This document shows positions 36,701-63,979 of a stretch of 63,979 bases of DNA, in pieces. The stretch's first letter is position 1, and every line of letters begins with the position of its first letter. The position numbers and the translations under genes were made by a program. This stretch comes from Paraspadella gotoi (taxonomy: Eukaryota > Animalia > Chaetognatha), in the NCBI GenBank assembly GCA_051294375.1, contig CM119266.1, forward strand, positions 5,441,210 to 5,505,188. The letters run 5' to 3'. Below the pieces are notes generated by a model. That model worked only from the letters and a program-made list of their open reading frames with translations, searched no databases and was not told the origin of the DNA.

Positions 36701-37238
36701 AAAAATTGAATTGTAAAAAGCCTTTCCTAAACTTAGCTTAAAATCTATGGTTTATTTATTTTAAATATTCAAATCTTTAAATACAAAAAAAATAAAAACA
36801 GTTAATATTCCAAAAAGAAGAAAGATCATTCAAAAGCATTTCATTTGAACTTAACCCATAACCATTAACCATCCTTTTTTAACTAAACTGTTTCACTCAA
36901 GAATCCACTATTTATTTCGACTTTTTAACTTTTACGATTCTTTGCTCTTTTGTTTTATTATCGACTTAATTTCTGTTTTATAACTGGATATAAAAAACAA
37001 CATACAATGAATCAATTAAAATTGGAACGTTGATTACGAAAGAAAAGTATAAATTGATTAAATCATCTATGGTTTTCGCTCCTCGTAAAATCTTGTTTAA
37101 CATGAATTTTAATTTTTGTTTATTTTTTATTAATTTATTTTTTAAACATTTTTCTTCTTCTTTTTTTTTGGTTTTTAAAAACGAAATTCTGATGTCAAAA
37201 AAACGTCAGATTCGCTCGAGCATCGCGGCGCGTTATTT

Positions 37239-37274
<36 letters not shown>

Positions 37275-38177
37275 CACTCTCTCCTCTCTCTCTCTCTCTC
37301 AATCACGTCCGTTTTTGTCTGTCAGTCTGTCAGTTCGTCCGGTTATCATTTTTGGTTCCTCGTTTGATCCGTGAGAGAGAAAACGTGATAAGTGAAGCGA
37401 ACGGATAAGAGTGAAGTGAACAACAGAGAAGTGAACAACAGAGAAGTGAAGAACAGAACGACCGACGTTGGAAGAAGAGAACAGGAGAACAGATTTGTAG
37501 AAGGGACGAACGTGACATAACAGATATCTCGCGACTATCGTTAAACTCGAATAATTAGGAATAATAAATTAAATCTGACGAAATTTAAAAAAATATTTAA
37601 CCCAGAGAAAAATAGTATCGCTCTTTTTAAAATTAAAATTAAAATTAATTTTATTTTTCACCTTAAAACGTCACTCGAATTTTTACAAGGAAGAAATCTG
37701 TCGAGGGAGAAGAGAATCGGAGAATCGAAGGGAGACGCACTCGAAATTCTTGGTCTAGTCACGTGATNNNNNNNNNNNNNNNNNNNNNNNNNNNNNNNNN
37801 NNNNNNNNNNNNNNNNNNNNNNNNNNNNNNNNNNNNNNNNNNNNNNNNNNNNNNNNNNNNNNNNNNNNNNNNNNNNNNNNNNNNNNNNNNNNNNNNNNNN
37901 NNNNNNNNNNNNNNNNNNNNNNNNNNNNNNNNNNNNNNNNNNNNNNNNNNNNNNNNNNNNNNNNNNNNNNNNNNNNNNNNNNNNNNNNNNNNNNNNNNNN
38001 NNNNNNNNNNNNNNNNNNNNNNNNNNNNNNNNNNNNNNNNNNNNNNNNNNNNNNNNNNNTAATGATAAAGAATTCCCTCACTGATAGAGATCTTTCTCCT
38101 CGAGTGACTCCGTGGGAGGACAAATCACAACGCGTGAACGAATCGTGAGAAGTTGGGACAGGAGAAAAAACCGCAGG

Positions 38178-38213
<36 letters not shown>

Positions 38214-38567
38214 AGAGAGAGAGGCGTCGAAAAAATATAAATAAACAATAAAGAGGCGAAAAAAGTCAGAAATGAAATTTAATTTTGGTCAAAAAAAAGT
38301 GAAGCTTCCCTAAAAAAGGGAAAGTGAACCGCAGATGGGAGGACGATTCCCAGGACATCACTGTCCATTAGTTCACACCGGAAAATTAGAAATTAGAGAG
38401 AGAGTGAGAGAGAGAGGGAGAGAGAAAGACGCTAGAAAAAAACCTTAACAATCTAAAAACCGCGTTATTAAAGAAGGTGCGAAATATTTTTTTTTCTCTT
38501 TCTCTCCTCTTAAAAAAAAAGAATATATATTGAAAACGTGTTATCATGACAGAGGGGCTAAACATAG

Positions 38568-38615
<48 letters not shown>

Positions 38616-39390
38616 TTCTCTAACTCGTCCACGGGCCAAGTTTTGATTTCCAAGGCGTCAACTTTGTTGAACAGAATTTTTTCCTTTTTTTTCTTTTTTA
38701 GGAATTATCGAGTTTGCAACACATTTTTTCTGCTCTGGACGAAACTCGAAGTTTTTCAGGTGATAAACTTTATGATAACAAGAATTTTTCCTTGTTTTTC
38801 TCTTTTCGACCAAAAGGATTTTTTGAGAATTTAACAATTTAAATATTTCGGGGTTTTTATTTTTTATTTTTTTCATACCTGGTATCTTTCCGCTTTTGTA
38901 GATTTATTTCCAGTACCAAGTTTGTTTCCAATTGAGAGTTTTAACTTGTTTATTGTATTATGCAAATTTCTTTTCCTGATTGAGTTCCATTGTTTTAATT
39001 TTAAATATCATTCACTCTCAAAGCAAATACTATTTCTTATTCACTGCTTCCTGATTAAATTATTGAGAATTCCCCATAGAAAACTTGACTTTTGTTTCGA
39101 TTTTCAAATGTCGTTAGAGGTCTCTACGAGTAGAGCTGCCATCCCGAACTCTTCCGACTTATGATTCTTTCTTAGGAAAATTAAACAAATGATCATGGTT
39201 TGTCTATAGCCAAATGATATCCTCTTTTTAAAAGTAACGTCGGTTCAAATAATATATATATTATATTCATATTATTCGCGTTCAAATCTTATAAAATAAT
39301 ATTTGTCGAATACTCTTCAAACGAATATTTTTGGTATAAGTATTTAATTAACAGATAATCTCAATAAGGATCGCACTTCATTCAATATAT

Positions 39391-39427
<37 letters not shown>

Positions 39428-39699
39428 ATAAAACAGTATTAACAATCCCTGTAACACAAGCTTCATAATCTGTTTACTTTTTCCGTTTCAAAACATTTCA
39501 AAGTCGATTTTAGTTTCAGTTCAACTCTGAAGCCTGTCAGAGCTGCTCAATCACTTATTCCTTCACTTGGGCAGGAAAAAAAAAAGAGACTCGCTCTCTC
39601 TCTCCCCTTTTGATCGTCCGAGAGAGAGAGAGAGAGAGAGAAAGAGAAAGGTCGAATTTTCCCAAAACGCCAACTTTCATCCTTAATTCGTTAATTTTT

Positions 39700-39960
39700 T
39701 GAGTTAGAGATTTGGATAAGGTTAAAATAGTAACTAAAATTAGGGATTTGGTTAGTAATTAGGGTTAGGGATTTAAGTTAGAGCTTAGAGTAAAATATTA
39801 AGGATAAAGGTTCAGGAAAAGGTTAGTTAGGAATAGGGTAAACGTAAGGATTGGGTTATATATTTAAAAATGAATTTAGGTTAAATATTAAAGTTCAAAT
39901 TAAATTCTGGGATAAATGAACGGAAATGGGCCACTCTCGAAAAAGAGAGCCGGAGAAAAA
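39700..39960 (+). repeat. Second copy of the TTAGGG-like tract repeat
   Basis: ttaggg-like tract followed by gataaatgaacggaaatgggccactctcgaaaaagagagccgga. Confidence 0.65.
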
Positions 39961-40925
39961 ATCACCAACTCAAAGGCTTAAACTAATTTTTCATGATTAG
40001 AATTTTCTCAAGTTTTCTTTTCCCTCTTTTTTTGTTTTTAGTCGGCGATTCGGTCCTTAGATCAAATGCAAATGTTGGAGCTTAAATTAATTAGCCTTAA
40101 TATTCTTTAAATATTATATTAGCACTACAAGGGGCAAACACGTGTGGTTCTTTATTTTTCTTTGGAAAAAGAGGAAAAGGGGGGTCGGCCTGGGGGTCTG
40201 TCTGTCTCTCTCTCTTTCTCTCTCTCTCTCTCACTGATACTTCGCACTCTCTACTACTCCTTACATTCAACCGCATTATGTAAAACAGAGACCGGTAAAT
40301 ACATCATCAACGTATAATGTAAACATTGTAAACTAGATTAAAAGGGACGGAAGAGGAAATTTCAAGCCTCCCAATCGGCTGAAACCGCCCAGGTTTTAAT
40401 GGTCAGATTTATATCCTTCGCTCTTTCTCGTCATCTCCGTGTGGGTAGAAAGAGAGAACTGAAATTCTCTGTGTTGGTCTCTCTCTCTCACTCTCTCTCT
40501 CTCTTTCATCGCACTTTCTCTTCCATCATCGAGAAATCATCGATAACCGAAGAGAAGGAGGAAGAGGAAGAGGATCAAAGTAACGAGAGAGAATCGAGTC
40601 GCGAGAGAGATTCTCTTTTTTTCTCTTCTTCCCTCTTCCTCCTCTAATTGAATTAACGCGCGATCCTCTTCAATCTCTTTCCCGAAATTTTCCTCTTCCC
40701 ATCGACGCTCTTCCTCCTCCCGTAGGAACGCGCGACGTATATTCAATGCGGGATGAAAGGAACGAAAAAAAAGGAAAAAGTATATCTGATCCCGAAATTC
40801 GAGAAGACGACGACGACGACGACAACGACGTCGACATCAGAGAAGACGACGATCCCAGAACCGCAAAAATCTTCGACCAAGGGACAACGCTTTTTCTCTT
40901 TTTCTCTCTCTCTCTCGTTCAAGAT

Positions 40926-40966
<41 letters not shown>

Positions 40967-41212
40967 TCTCTCGTCGTCGCTCACGGCGTCCTCGTCGCTT
41001 CCATCGTCGTAATTATCGTCGCCGAAATTGTCGCCGTCGGACGTGATCCGTTGAAGGAGAGAAAAAAAGGGTTCGTTGTATCAGAACGATCGACGACGAC
41101 GACGACGGAACGAAAAGAAAAAAGGAATATATATCTATAGGTCTTGACTCGTTGCAATCGATCACAGAAAAGGGAATGGCTGTGCAACAATCGCCCACGA
41201 CCTAACTGAAGA

Positions 41213-41252
<40 letters not shown>

Positions 41253-41650
41253 TTTAACCAACGTCAACTCTTCGTCCATCGCATTTAACGCTTCGGGTCA
41301 AAATACAGACGCATATATTTTTTTTTCTCTTCATAAGGAGAATAATTATATAAAGCAAAACGAAAACAAAACATACAAAACACTAAACAGAGAAATGTAA
41401 ATCGGGGGGCGAAAAAACACCGTCCAGAATTTCGCAGAATAGACGAATAAATAAATAATACCAAATTTAAATGCAACTTTTAAATAACGTCACTTATAAA
41501 ACTAATTAAAAAAAAAACGAAAATAAAGTTCGTCTCATCGAAACAAAAAAATCTCCAATTACCCCAAAAAACAAAACAAAACAAAAAAACTTCTCACTCC
41601 TTTTTTTGTTTATCTTTTTATAAAAAGTAAACAAAAAAAAGGAGACGCCG

Positions 41651-56384
<14,734 letters not shown>

Positions 56385-56391
56385 GTGAGTT

Positions 56392-56480
<89 letters not shown>

Positions 56481-56525
56481 GAGAGAGAGAAAAGAGAGAG
56501 AGAGTACAGAGACATGTATGGAGAC

Positions 56526-56572
<47 letters not shown>

Positions 56573-58154
56573 AGAGAGAGAGAGAAAGAGAGGGAGAGAG
56601 AGAGAGAGAGTTACGGATTTAATCTATACGCCTCTCCCAAGTCGACCTCGAAAAAAATTCGTTTAATATCGTGATTTTCTGATGAAATTCTTGTTTGATT
56701 AAGAATCCGATGTTAGAGACTGAAGAATACGGGGGGGAGTTAGGGGGCGCAGGAGTTAAGGGGTAGAGGGGGGAGAAGGGCGATAAGTGGGGGGGTTAAG
56801 GGTAGAGGAGGAAAGAGGGGAAAGGGTAAAGAGCTTAGGGTGGTTAACGGGGGGGTTTAGTGCTGAAAGAAAACGAGTTATTAGTTGGTAGAGAATATTA
56901 AAAAAAATTGTAATAAAATGAATGGTTTTGATATATATATTTAAGAAGGGTGAAAATTTAGTTTTAAAGAGATTAAAAATTGAAAAAAATGGGGGCATAG
57001 GCTAAAATTAAGAATATGAGAACAACTATTAAAATATTATTTTATAACGTTAGCAAATNNNNNNNNNNNNNNNNNNNNNNNNNNNNNNNNNNNNNNNNNN
57101 NNNNNNNNNNNNNNNNNNNNNNNNNNNNNNNNNNNNNNNNNNNNNNNNNNNNNNNNNNNNNNNNNNNNNNNNNNNNNNNNNNNNNNNNNNNNNNNNNNNN
57201 NNNNNNNNNNNNNNNNNNNNNNNNNNNNNNNNNNNNNNNNNNNNNNNNNNNNNNNNNNNNNNNNNNNNNNNNNNNNNNNNNNNNNNNNNNNNNNNNNNNN
57301 NNNNNNNNNNNNNNNCCATACCCGTGAAATTCCTTTCCCCCCTACGACCAATTTCGTTTCGCTCTTCTTTTCTTTTGTTTTGCTTTTGTTTCCTAAATTT
57401 CTTTTCTGTTTTCTTGTTTTTTTTTTTCTAAAATCGTAAAATCTCTGATATTATTTCTTCTCCCTAATTTTCCGCGATTCTTCTTCCCTGATTTTTTATT
57501 CCCATTTTTATTTCTTTTACGACTTTTAAGGTTCAACTGTTGTTTTGTTTTTTCTTCCTCGTTTGTTTTTTTCTCTTTTCTCTCGGTAGAGGGCCACGAT
57601 TGTTTTTCTCTTTTCTTTTGACTCTTCGTCATGGGTTTTATTACTTTCTATTATGTAATATGTTTTTCTTTTCTTTTTTTAATTTAACGATTTCTTTCGG
57701 TCTTCTTATTTTGACTTGGCGTTTCGCGGGACCCAGGGCAGAGGCAGAGACAAAGGCCCCCCTCCCGAATGAGGGGGGGGGCGGAGGCCGAGAATCGTAA
57801 AAACTGTAAAACCGTCACAAAAGTCAAATGCGGCGTAAAAACATCGAGAAAAAACAACGCGTTTTCCCCCTTCACGTCCCTCACACACAGATTTCTCAAT
57901 TTAGGGCCCCACACAGAAGGAGATGGATTTCGATCTTGAGATTTAATCAAGAATGATCGAGAGAAAATAAAAGAGCATCCGAGGAAATCGATTAAAAGTC
58001 AATAAAGGAGCGTCATGAATGAATTATGATGAAATAAATGAAATAAATGAATAAAAACTGAACATTAATAAATAAAATAATAAATGATAAAAAATGATTT
58101 AAAAATATATATATATCATTGGTAATTAAATAAAAATGTAAATAAATAAATGAA

Positions 58155-58201
<47 letters not shown>

Positions 58202-58322
58202 ATAGCAGTGAAAATGGGTTGTGATGGTTTTCGAATCCTCGTCACTAATCGAAGCCTCGATTTCGTTTTCGCAGCCAAAACAAATTTTAATGAAGTCGAA
58301 TTTTCGCGCAGTTTGTGTTTGA

Positions 58323-58357
<35 letters not shown>

Positions 58358-59204
58358 NNNNNNNNNNNNNNNNNNNNNNNNNNNNNNNNNNNNNNNNNNN
58401 NNNNNNNNNNNNNNNNNNNNNNNNNNNNNNNNNNNNNNNNNNNNNNNNNNNNNNNNNNNNNNNNNNNNNNNNNNNNNNNNNNNNNNNNNNNNNNNNNNNN
58501 NNNNNNNNNNNNNNNNNNNNNNNNNNNNNNNNNNNNNNNNNNNNNNNNTCGTTGTCGTCGTTATCGTCATTGCCATCTTCGTCTTCATCGCCCCATTATG
58601 GCGTTAGCGGTCTCGTCTTCGCCATCGTCGTTCGTCGTTCGTCGTCGTCGTCGTNNNNNNNNNNNNNNNNNNNNNNNNNNNNNNNNNNNNNNNNNNNNNN
58701 NNNNNNNNNNNNNNNNNNNNNNNNNNNNNNNNNNNNNNNNNNNNNNNNNNNNNNNNNNNNNNNNNNNNNNNNNNNNNNNNNNNNNNNNNNNNNNNNNNNN
58801 NNNNNNNNNNNNNNNNNNNNNNNNNNNNNNNNNNNNNNNNNNNNNNNNNNNNNNNNNNNNNNNNNNNNNNNNNNNNNNNNNNNNNNNNNNNNNNNNNNNN
58901 NNNNNNNNNNNNNNNNNNNNNNNNNNNNNNNNNNNNNNNNNNNNNNNNNNNNNNNNNNNNNNNNNNNNNNNNGAGAGAGAAAGAAAGAGATAGCAAGAAG
59001 ATTCTCTCAAGTTTTATGAAAACAGAAATTTGTCCAAAGGTAAGTGAGTCAAGTTGAGAAATAAATCAAAAGATTCTACTCAGAAAAAGTTGAATATTTT
59101 TCCCAAAAAAATATAGTGGGTCACGCGATGAGTCGATTTCCGATTTTTTGTGAATCGTGTGACTGTGAAAGTGGATGGATGGGAGGAGTGGAAGAGAGTG
59201 TGAG

Positions 59205-59537
59205 GATTGCGGGGTGGATAAGTGAGGTGGAGGGTGGATAATAGAAGGTGGAGGGTGGATAAGTGAAGTCGAGGGTGGATAATAGAAGGTGGNNNNNNNN
59301 NNAGTGAGGTGGAGTTTGGATAAGAGAAGGTGGTGGGGTGGAAAAGTGAAGTGGAGGGTGGATAATAGAAGGTGGAGGGTGGATAAGAGAAGGTAGTAAA
59401 TTGGAGGGTTAAATTGGTCTACGCTGTTGGAGACTCCAATTTGTAAACTCAAAAGTATAACAGAACAACATTTAACATTTAACATTTAACATTTAACATT
59501 TAACATTTAACATTTAACATTTAACATTTGACATTTA
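59205..59537 (+). repeat. 21-bp minisatellite (ggagggtggataatagaaggt) followed by (ACATTTA)n
   Basis: Direct inspection. Confidence 0.8.
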
Positions 59538-59913
59538 ATCTGGCTACAGTGTTCGGATGCAAAACGTATGTAGGAATCGTAAATAAATTGTTTCATTGAT
59601 AAAGGTGGTCTAAGTTGTGGTCATCCTGTGGTCGTTAATGTGGATTAATGTGGTCAAAGATCTGTGGTTAAAAACGACGTCGACTTAAAAGATTCTATAA
59701 GTCGTATTTGCTTAGCGACGACGACGACGACGACGACGACGACGTCCCAAACCAACGCCCCTCCTCCCACGCCCGTCCTCCGCCCTGCCCACTTTATAAA
59801 AACGTCTGCAGCAGCGGAAGTAAACGGCGCTGCAGAGGAAAGCTGCGGTAGTGACCGCGTTGGCCCGAATTCGCAGCGGCGTAGCGAAACTGGCATGTCT
59901 CTCTCTCTCTCTC

Positions 59914-59979
<66 letters not shown>

Positions 59980-60762
59980 TTTGATTAAAGACCACATTTC
60001 TTCCTGGACAGGTCATTGCAGTTTACTTTTATGAATTTATCACCAATTCACTGGTAGCATCATTTGTACCTCGTCCTCTCGTTTTTTTTTTCGCATCAAA
60101 GCTTTTAATCTTTTCTTACCTCTCTCTACTCTTCCTCTTCTCTCTCTCTGCTCTCTCTCTCTCTCTTCTCTCTCTCCCCCACTTCCCCACTTTCATTTCT
60201 AAACCAAGACGGACGGCCTTCTCTCCGCCTGCCCTGTAAACTCCCTCAGGCTTGAAAATCACTCCTTCAATAATCACGCTCCAATGCCATAGGATGAATC
60301 CTTTGGATTTCGCACGCGATGCCTCTCCTCCTCCTCCTTCCCTCCTCCCCTCTCCTCTTCACCCTCCCACATTTCATGCCTTTCATGAACGGGTTCATCA
60401 TCCTTCCTTTGTTTTTTCCATTTTTCCCTTTTTTTCTCATTATGTTCCCTTTTTTTTTTCTATTTTTATCATTCTCTCAGCTTTTTCCTCCATTATTTTT
60501 CCTTTTATTTTTTAATGTCCATTTATCAAACACAGTTACCCTTTTTTCGTTCTGTCCCGTTTCACGAATTCAATTAACTCCTTAGATGGATTTAATTGAC
60601 AGTAATTGTCACCCTTTACGAGAAAGAAGTAAAATTCTAGAGTAACTGAATTTTTAAAATTTGTACACTTTTTATTCGCTTAAAAAATTGGTGCTCTCTT
60701 TTTTTGGGGACTCTTGATTTTTCGTCTATCGCCAACGAAGCGAAGCCCCTGAATTTTTTATG

Positions 60763-60808
<46 letters not shown>

Positions 60809-61427
60809 CGCGTTCACTTCACCACAAATTCACCGACCATTTTTCACACGCTCTACCGACTGTGTCTGTCCCTTCACTCCTTACGTTTCTCTCAAATCTC
60901 GTAAAAAGTTTGAGTTAAAATTTGCTCACACTTATTCCTTCAATGCAGTTTCTTTTGATGGCATATATTCATTAGTTGTCCAACAAAGATAATATTAAAG
61001 TAGTTGAAAATATTATTTTTATATAGTTTCCAATTGAAAACAAAGAATTATAATATATAATTATATTACTATATATAGTATATAATATGAAAAATTACCT
61101 CTTTTATATTTAAATTTTATTCTGATGTAGTTTGAAAATTTTAAAATCATGTCTTGTAGGTAGTATAAATTGTTAGATTTTTTTAGTGTATCAAAACAAC
61201 GAAATAATCTTATAATATGATTTCAAAAACTTTCTTTCCGTTTTTAACTAAACTCCCGAATAATTGGGTGGGGTGATTACCCCTGGCACCCATCACCAAC
61301 CCCAGGGGTGATTAACCCTATCACCAAACTGGGTGATTCACTACTGAAAATGAGCGAAGGAAGACTTCCACCATTTTTCACGCGAGAGCAATTTCTCCGA
61401 CAGATGTAAAAGAGAGAGAGAGAGAGG

Positions 61428-62335
61428 TAAAAAATAGTAGACAGGAGAAAAAAGAAGAAGAGGACAAAACGTCTAAAGTTGTCGTCGTCGTTGTCGTCGT
61501 CGTTGTCGTCGTTCGTTGTCGTCGTCTTACTTTTCGACCGATAGACTAGAGTCTTTATCTCTCGAATTATATACGTATCGCTATTCTCCTTCACCCTGCC
61601 CTGCCTTACCCTCCTTCTCTTCGAGAACATGCTCGTACTTTCTCGCCCTGCCCTTTTCTTCGTGACATGCCCGTCCTTTCTTCGCCTGTCCTGCCTCACC
61701 CTGCCTTTTCTCTGACATGCCCGTCCTTTCTTTTGCCCTGCCCTGCCCTTACCCTTCTTTATCTTGGACTTGTCTTCCTTTCCTTCGCCCTGTCCTGCCT
61801 CACCCTGCCTTTTCTTCGTACTTGCCCGTCCTTTCTTTTGCCCTGCCCTGCTTTACCCTGTTTTTCATTCGTGGACTTGTCGTCCTTTCTTCGCCTTGCC
61901 TGCCTACTTGCCTTTCTTCGTGGACATGCTCGTCCTTTCCCTCGCTGCCATTGGGCCTTGCCCTTATTCTCCGCCATGGCACACCTCTCTGAAAGACCAT
62001 GCCATCCTTCCAACTTCTTAATGCCTAACATTCTTTTTGCCATCTGTGCAATCATTCTGGGAAAAAGTAACAAACAATACATCAAAATATTTAGGTTTTC
62101 CCTGCCTTTTTTTTCTTAAACCATGTCCGCTTCAATCTGCGCTCGTCCAGCATGCCGACCCCCTTGTTCCTTCCATGTCCGCCCCCAACAAAAAGCTCGG
62201 GCATTAAATTGCTCTTAATAAGTTAGAACGGACTCGATCTCACACTTCACAAATAATTTCCCTCATTATTTCTCTTTCTCTCTCGTCTCTCTGTCTTAAA
62301 TCCTATCAACGGATAATAAGCTTATCTTTCGGGGA

Positions 62336-62418
<83 letters not shown>
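61428..62418 (+). repeat. ~1 kb repeat with an internal ~50-bp tandem unit (ccctgccctgccttaccctgccttttcttcg...), ending in (GA)n
   Basis: Homologous to 53655-54640 and apparently identical to 62999-63979. Confidence 0.85.
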
Positions 62419-62423
<5 letters not shown>

Positions 62424-62998
62424 CTATTTCCGCCGATCGAAACTCTGGCAGGGGGGTCCATTTAAAGCTATGTGTACGTTGTTGTAAAATGTCTACACTT
62501 ACCATTTTAAACTGATCTACACTAGTTTTTAAATTGTTAAGTTTAATGCTTTTTGTTTCTTTTTGCAAAACCACATTATTGTACCAGTTTTCCTTTCTTT
62601 GGCAGTAACAGAAAATGTTGCTCCCCTTTTATGTTGCATTTAATTATGCAGTTGCGGTCTCTCTCCTTCTATATCTTCCCCCTCTCTCATCTCTCTCCAT
62701 CTCTCTCTTCTCTCTNNNNNNNNNNNNNNNNNNNNNNNNNGATAGAGAGAGAGAGACGCAACTTGCATAAATTTAAATGCAACATAAAAGGGGAGCAACA
62801 TTTTCTGTTACTGCCAAGAAAGGGAAAACTGGTACATAATGTGTTTTTGCAAAAATGAAACAAAAAGCATTAAACTTAACAATTTTAAAAAAGTGTAGAC
62901 AGTTTAAAATTGTAAGGTAGACATTTTACACACGTACACATACTTTATGGACCTTGCCAGGTTTCGAATCGGCGGAAATTACGCCACTCTCTCTCTCT

Positions 62999-63907
62999 GT
63001 AAAAAATAGTAGACAGGAGAAAAAAGAAGAAGAGGACAAAACGTCTAAAGTTGTCGTCGTCGTTGTCGTCGTCGTTGTCGTCGTTCGTTGTCGTCGTCTT
63101 ACTTTTCGACCGATAGACTAGAGTCTTTATCTCTCGAATTATATACGTATCGCTATTCTCCTTCACCCTGCCCTGCCTTACCCTCCTTCTCTTCGAGAAC
63201 ATGCTCGTACTTTCTCGCCCTGCCCTTTTCTTCGTGACATGCCCGTCCTTTCTTCGCCTGTCCTGCCTCACCCTGCCTTTTCTCTGACATGCCCGTCCTT
63301 TCTTTTGCCCTGCCCTGCCCTTACCCTTCTTTATCTTGGACTTGTCTTCCTTTCCTTCGCCCTGTCCTGCCTCACCCTGCCTTTTCTTCGTACTTGCCCG
63401 TCCTTTCTTTTGCCCTGCCCTGCTTTACCCTGTTTTTCATTCGTGGACTTGTCGTCCTTTCTTCGCCTTGCCTGCCTACTTGCCTTTCTTCGTGGACATG
63501 CTCGTCCTTTCCCTCGCTGCCATTGGGCCTTGCCCTTATTCTCCGCCATGGCACACCTCTCTGAAAGACCATGCCATCCTTCCAACTTCTTAATGCCTAA
63601 CATTCTTTTTGCCATCTGTGCAATCATTCTGGGAAAAAGTAACAAACAATACATCAAAATATTTAGGTTTTCCCTGCCTTTTTTTTCTTAAACCATGTCC
63701 GCTTCAATCTGCGCTCGTCCAGCATGCCGACCCCCTTGTTCCTTCCATGTCCGCCCCCAACAAAAAGCTCGGGCATTAAATTGCTCTTAATAAGTTAGAA
63801 CGGACTCGATCTCACACTTCACAAATAATTTCCCTCATTATTTCTCTTTCTCTCTCGTCTCTCTGTCTTAAATCCTATCAACGGATAATAAGCTTATCTT
63901 TCGGGGA

Positions 63908-63979
<72 letters not shown>
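62999..63979 (+). repeat. Duplicate of 61428-62418
   Basis: The track gives identical ORF translations for both copies. Confidence 0.9.

Noticed and set aside
61667-62119. Overlapping ORFs on both strands (Pro/Cys/Leu-rich and Arg/Gly-rich)
   Set aside because: They come from a stop-poor ~50-bp tandem repeat, and the frames are not preserved in the other copies at 50300-50820 and 53800-54300.
56385-63979. Irx homeodomain exon (RRKNATRE...WFANARRRLKKE)
   Set aside because: Not found by eye in the readable sequence. It may lie in an N-gap or beyond the window, so it is not annotated.

Overview
This is AT-rich animal (invertebrate-type) nuclear DNA from a gapped draft scaffold, with ten N-gaps and dense (GA/CT)n and (CGA/TCG)n microsatellites. 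Most ORFs in the supplied track are microsatellite noise. Supported content, left to right: (1) a spliced EGF-containing gene of unknown family at 8.8-10.7 kb with two in-frame TAA stops; (2) an orphan Cys/Trp-rich terminal exon at 12.6-13.0 kb; (3) a complete 11-exon otopetrin proton-channel gene (19510-29202, +) with three intact antisense tRNA-Lys(TTT) genes in its introns; (4) a decayed non-LTR retrotransposon at 30.4-33.2 kb; (5) the first four coding exons of an Iroquois (Irx) gene (41651-56384, +), with the homeodomain exon not visible; (6) a Helentron/DINE-1-like non-autonomous family and other small repeat families. The segment ~45.0-53.6 kb and the last ~2.5 kb look like long-read gap-filling artefacts: noisy inverted copies of neighbouring DNA centred on exactly 25-N gaps. 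The inverted segment shows a ~3 kb Helentron-like insertion whose empty site is also present in the window. No clearly novel biological system is demonstrated. The best leads are the orphan Cys-rich sequences, the variant otopetrin with intronic tRNAs, and the filled/empty transposon site. All calls come from manual reading and recalled motifs, with no database searches.
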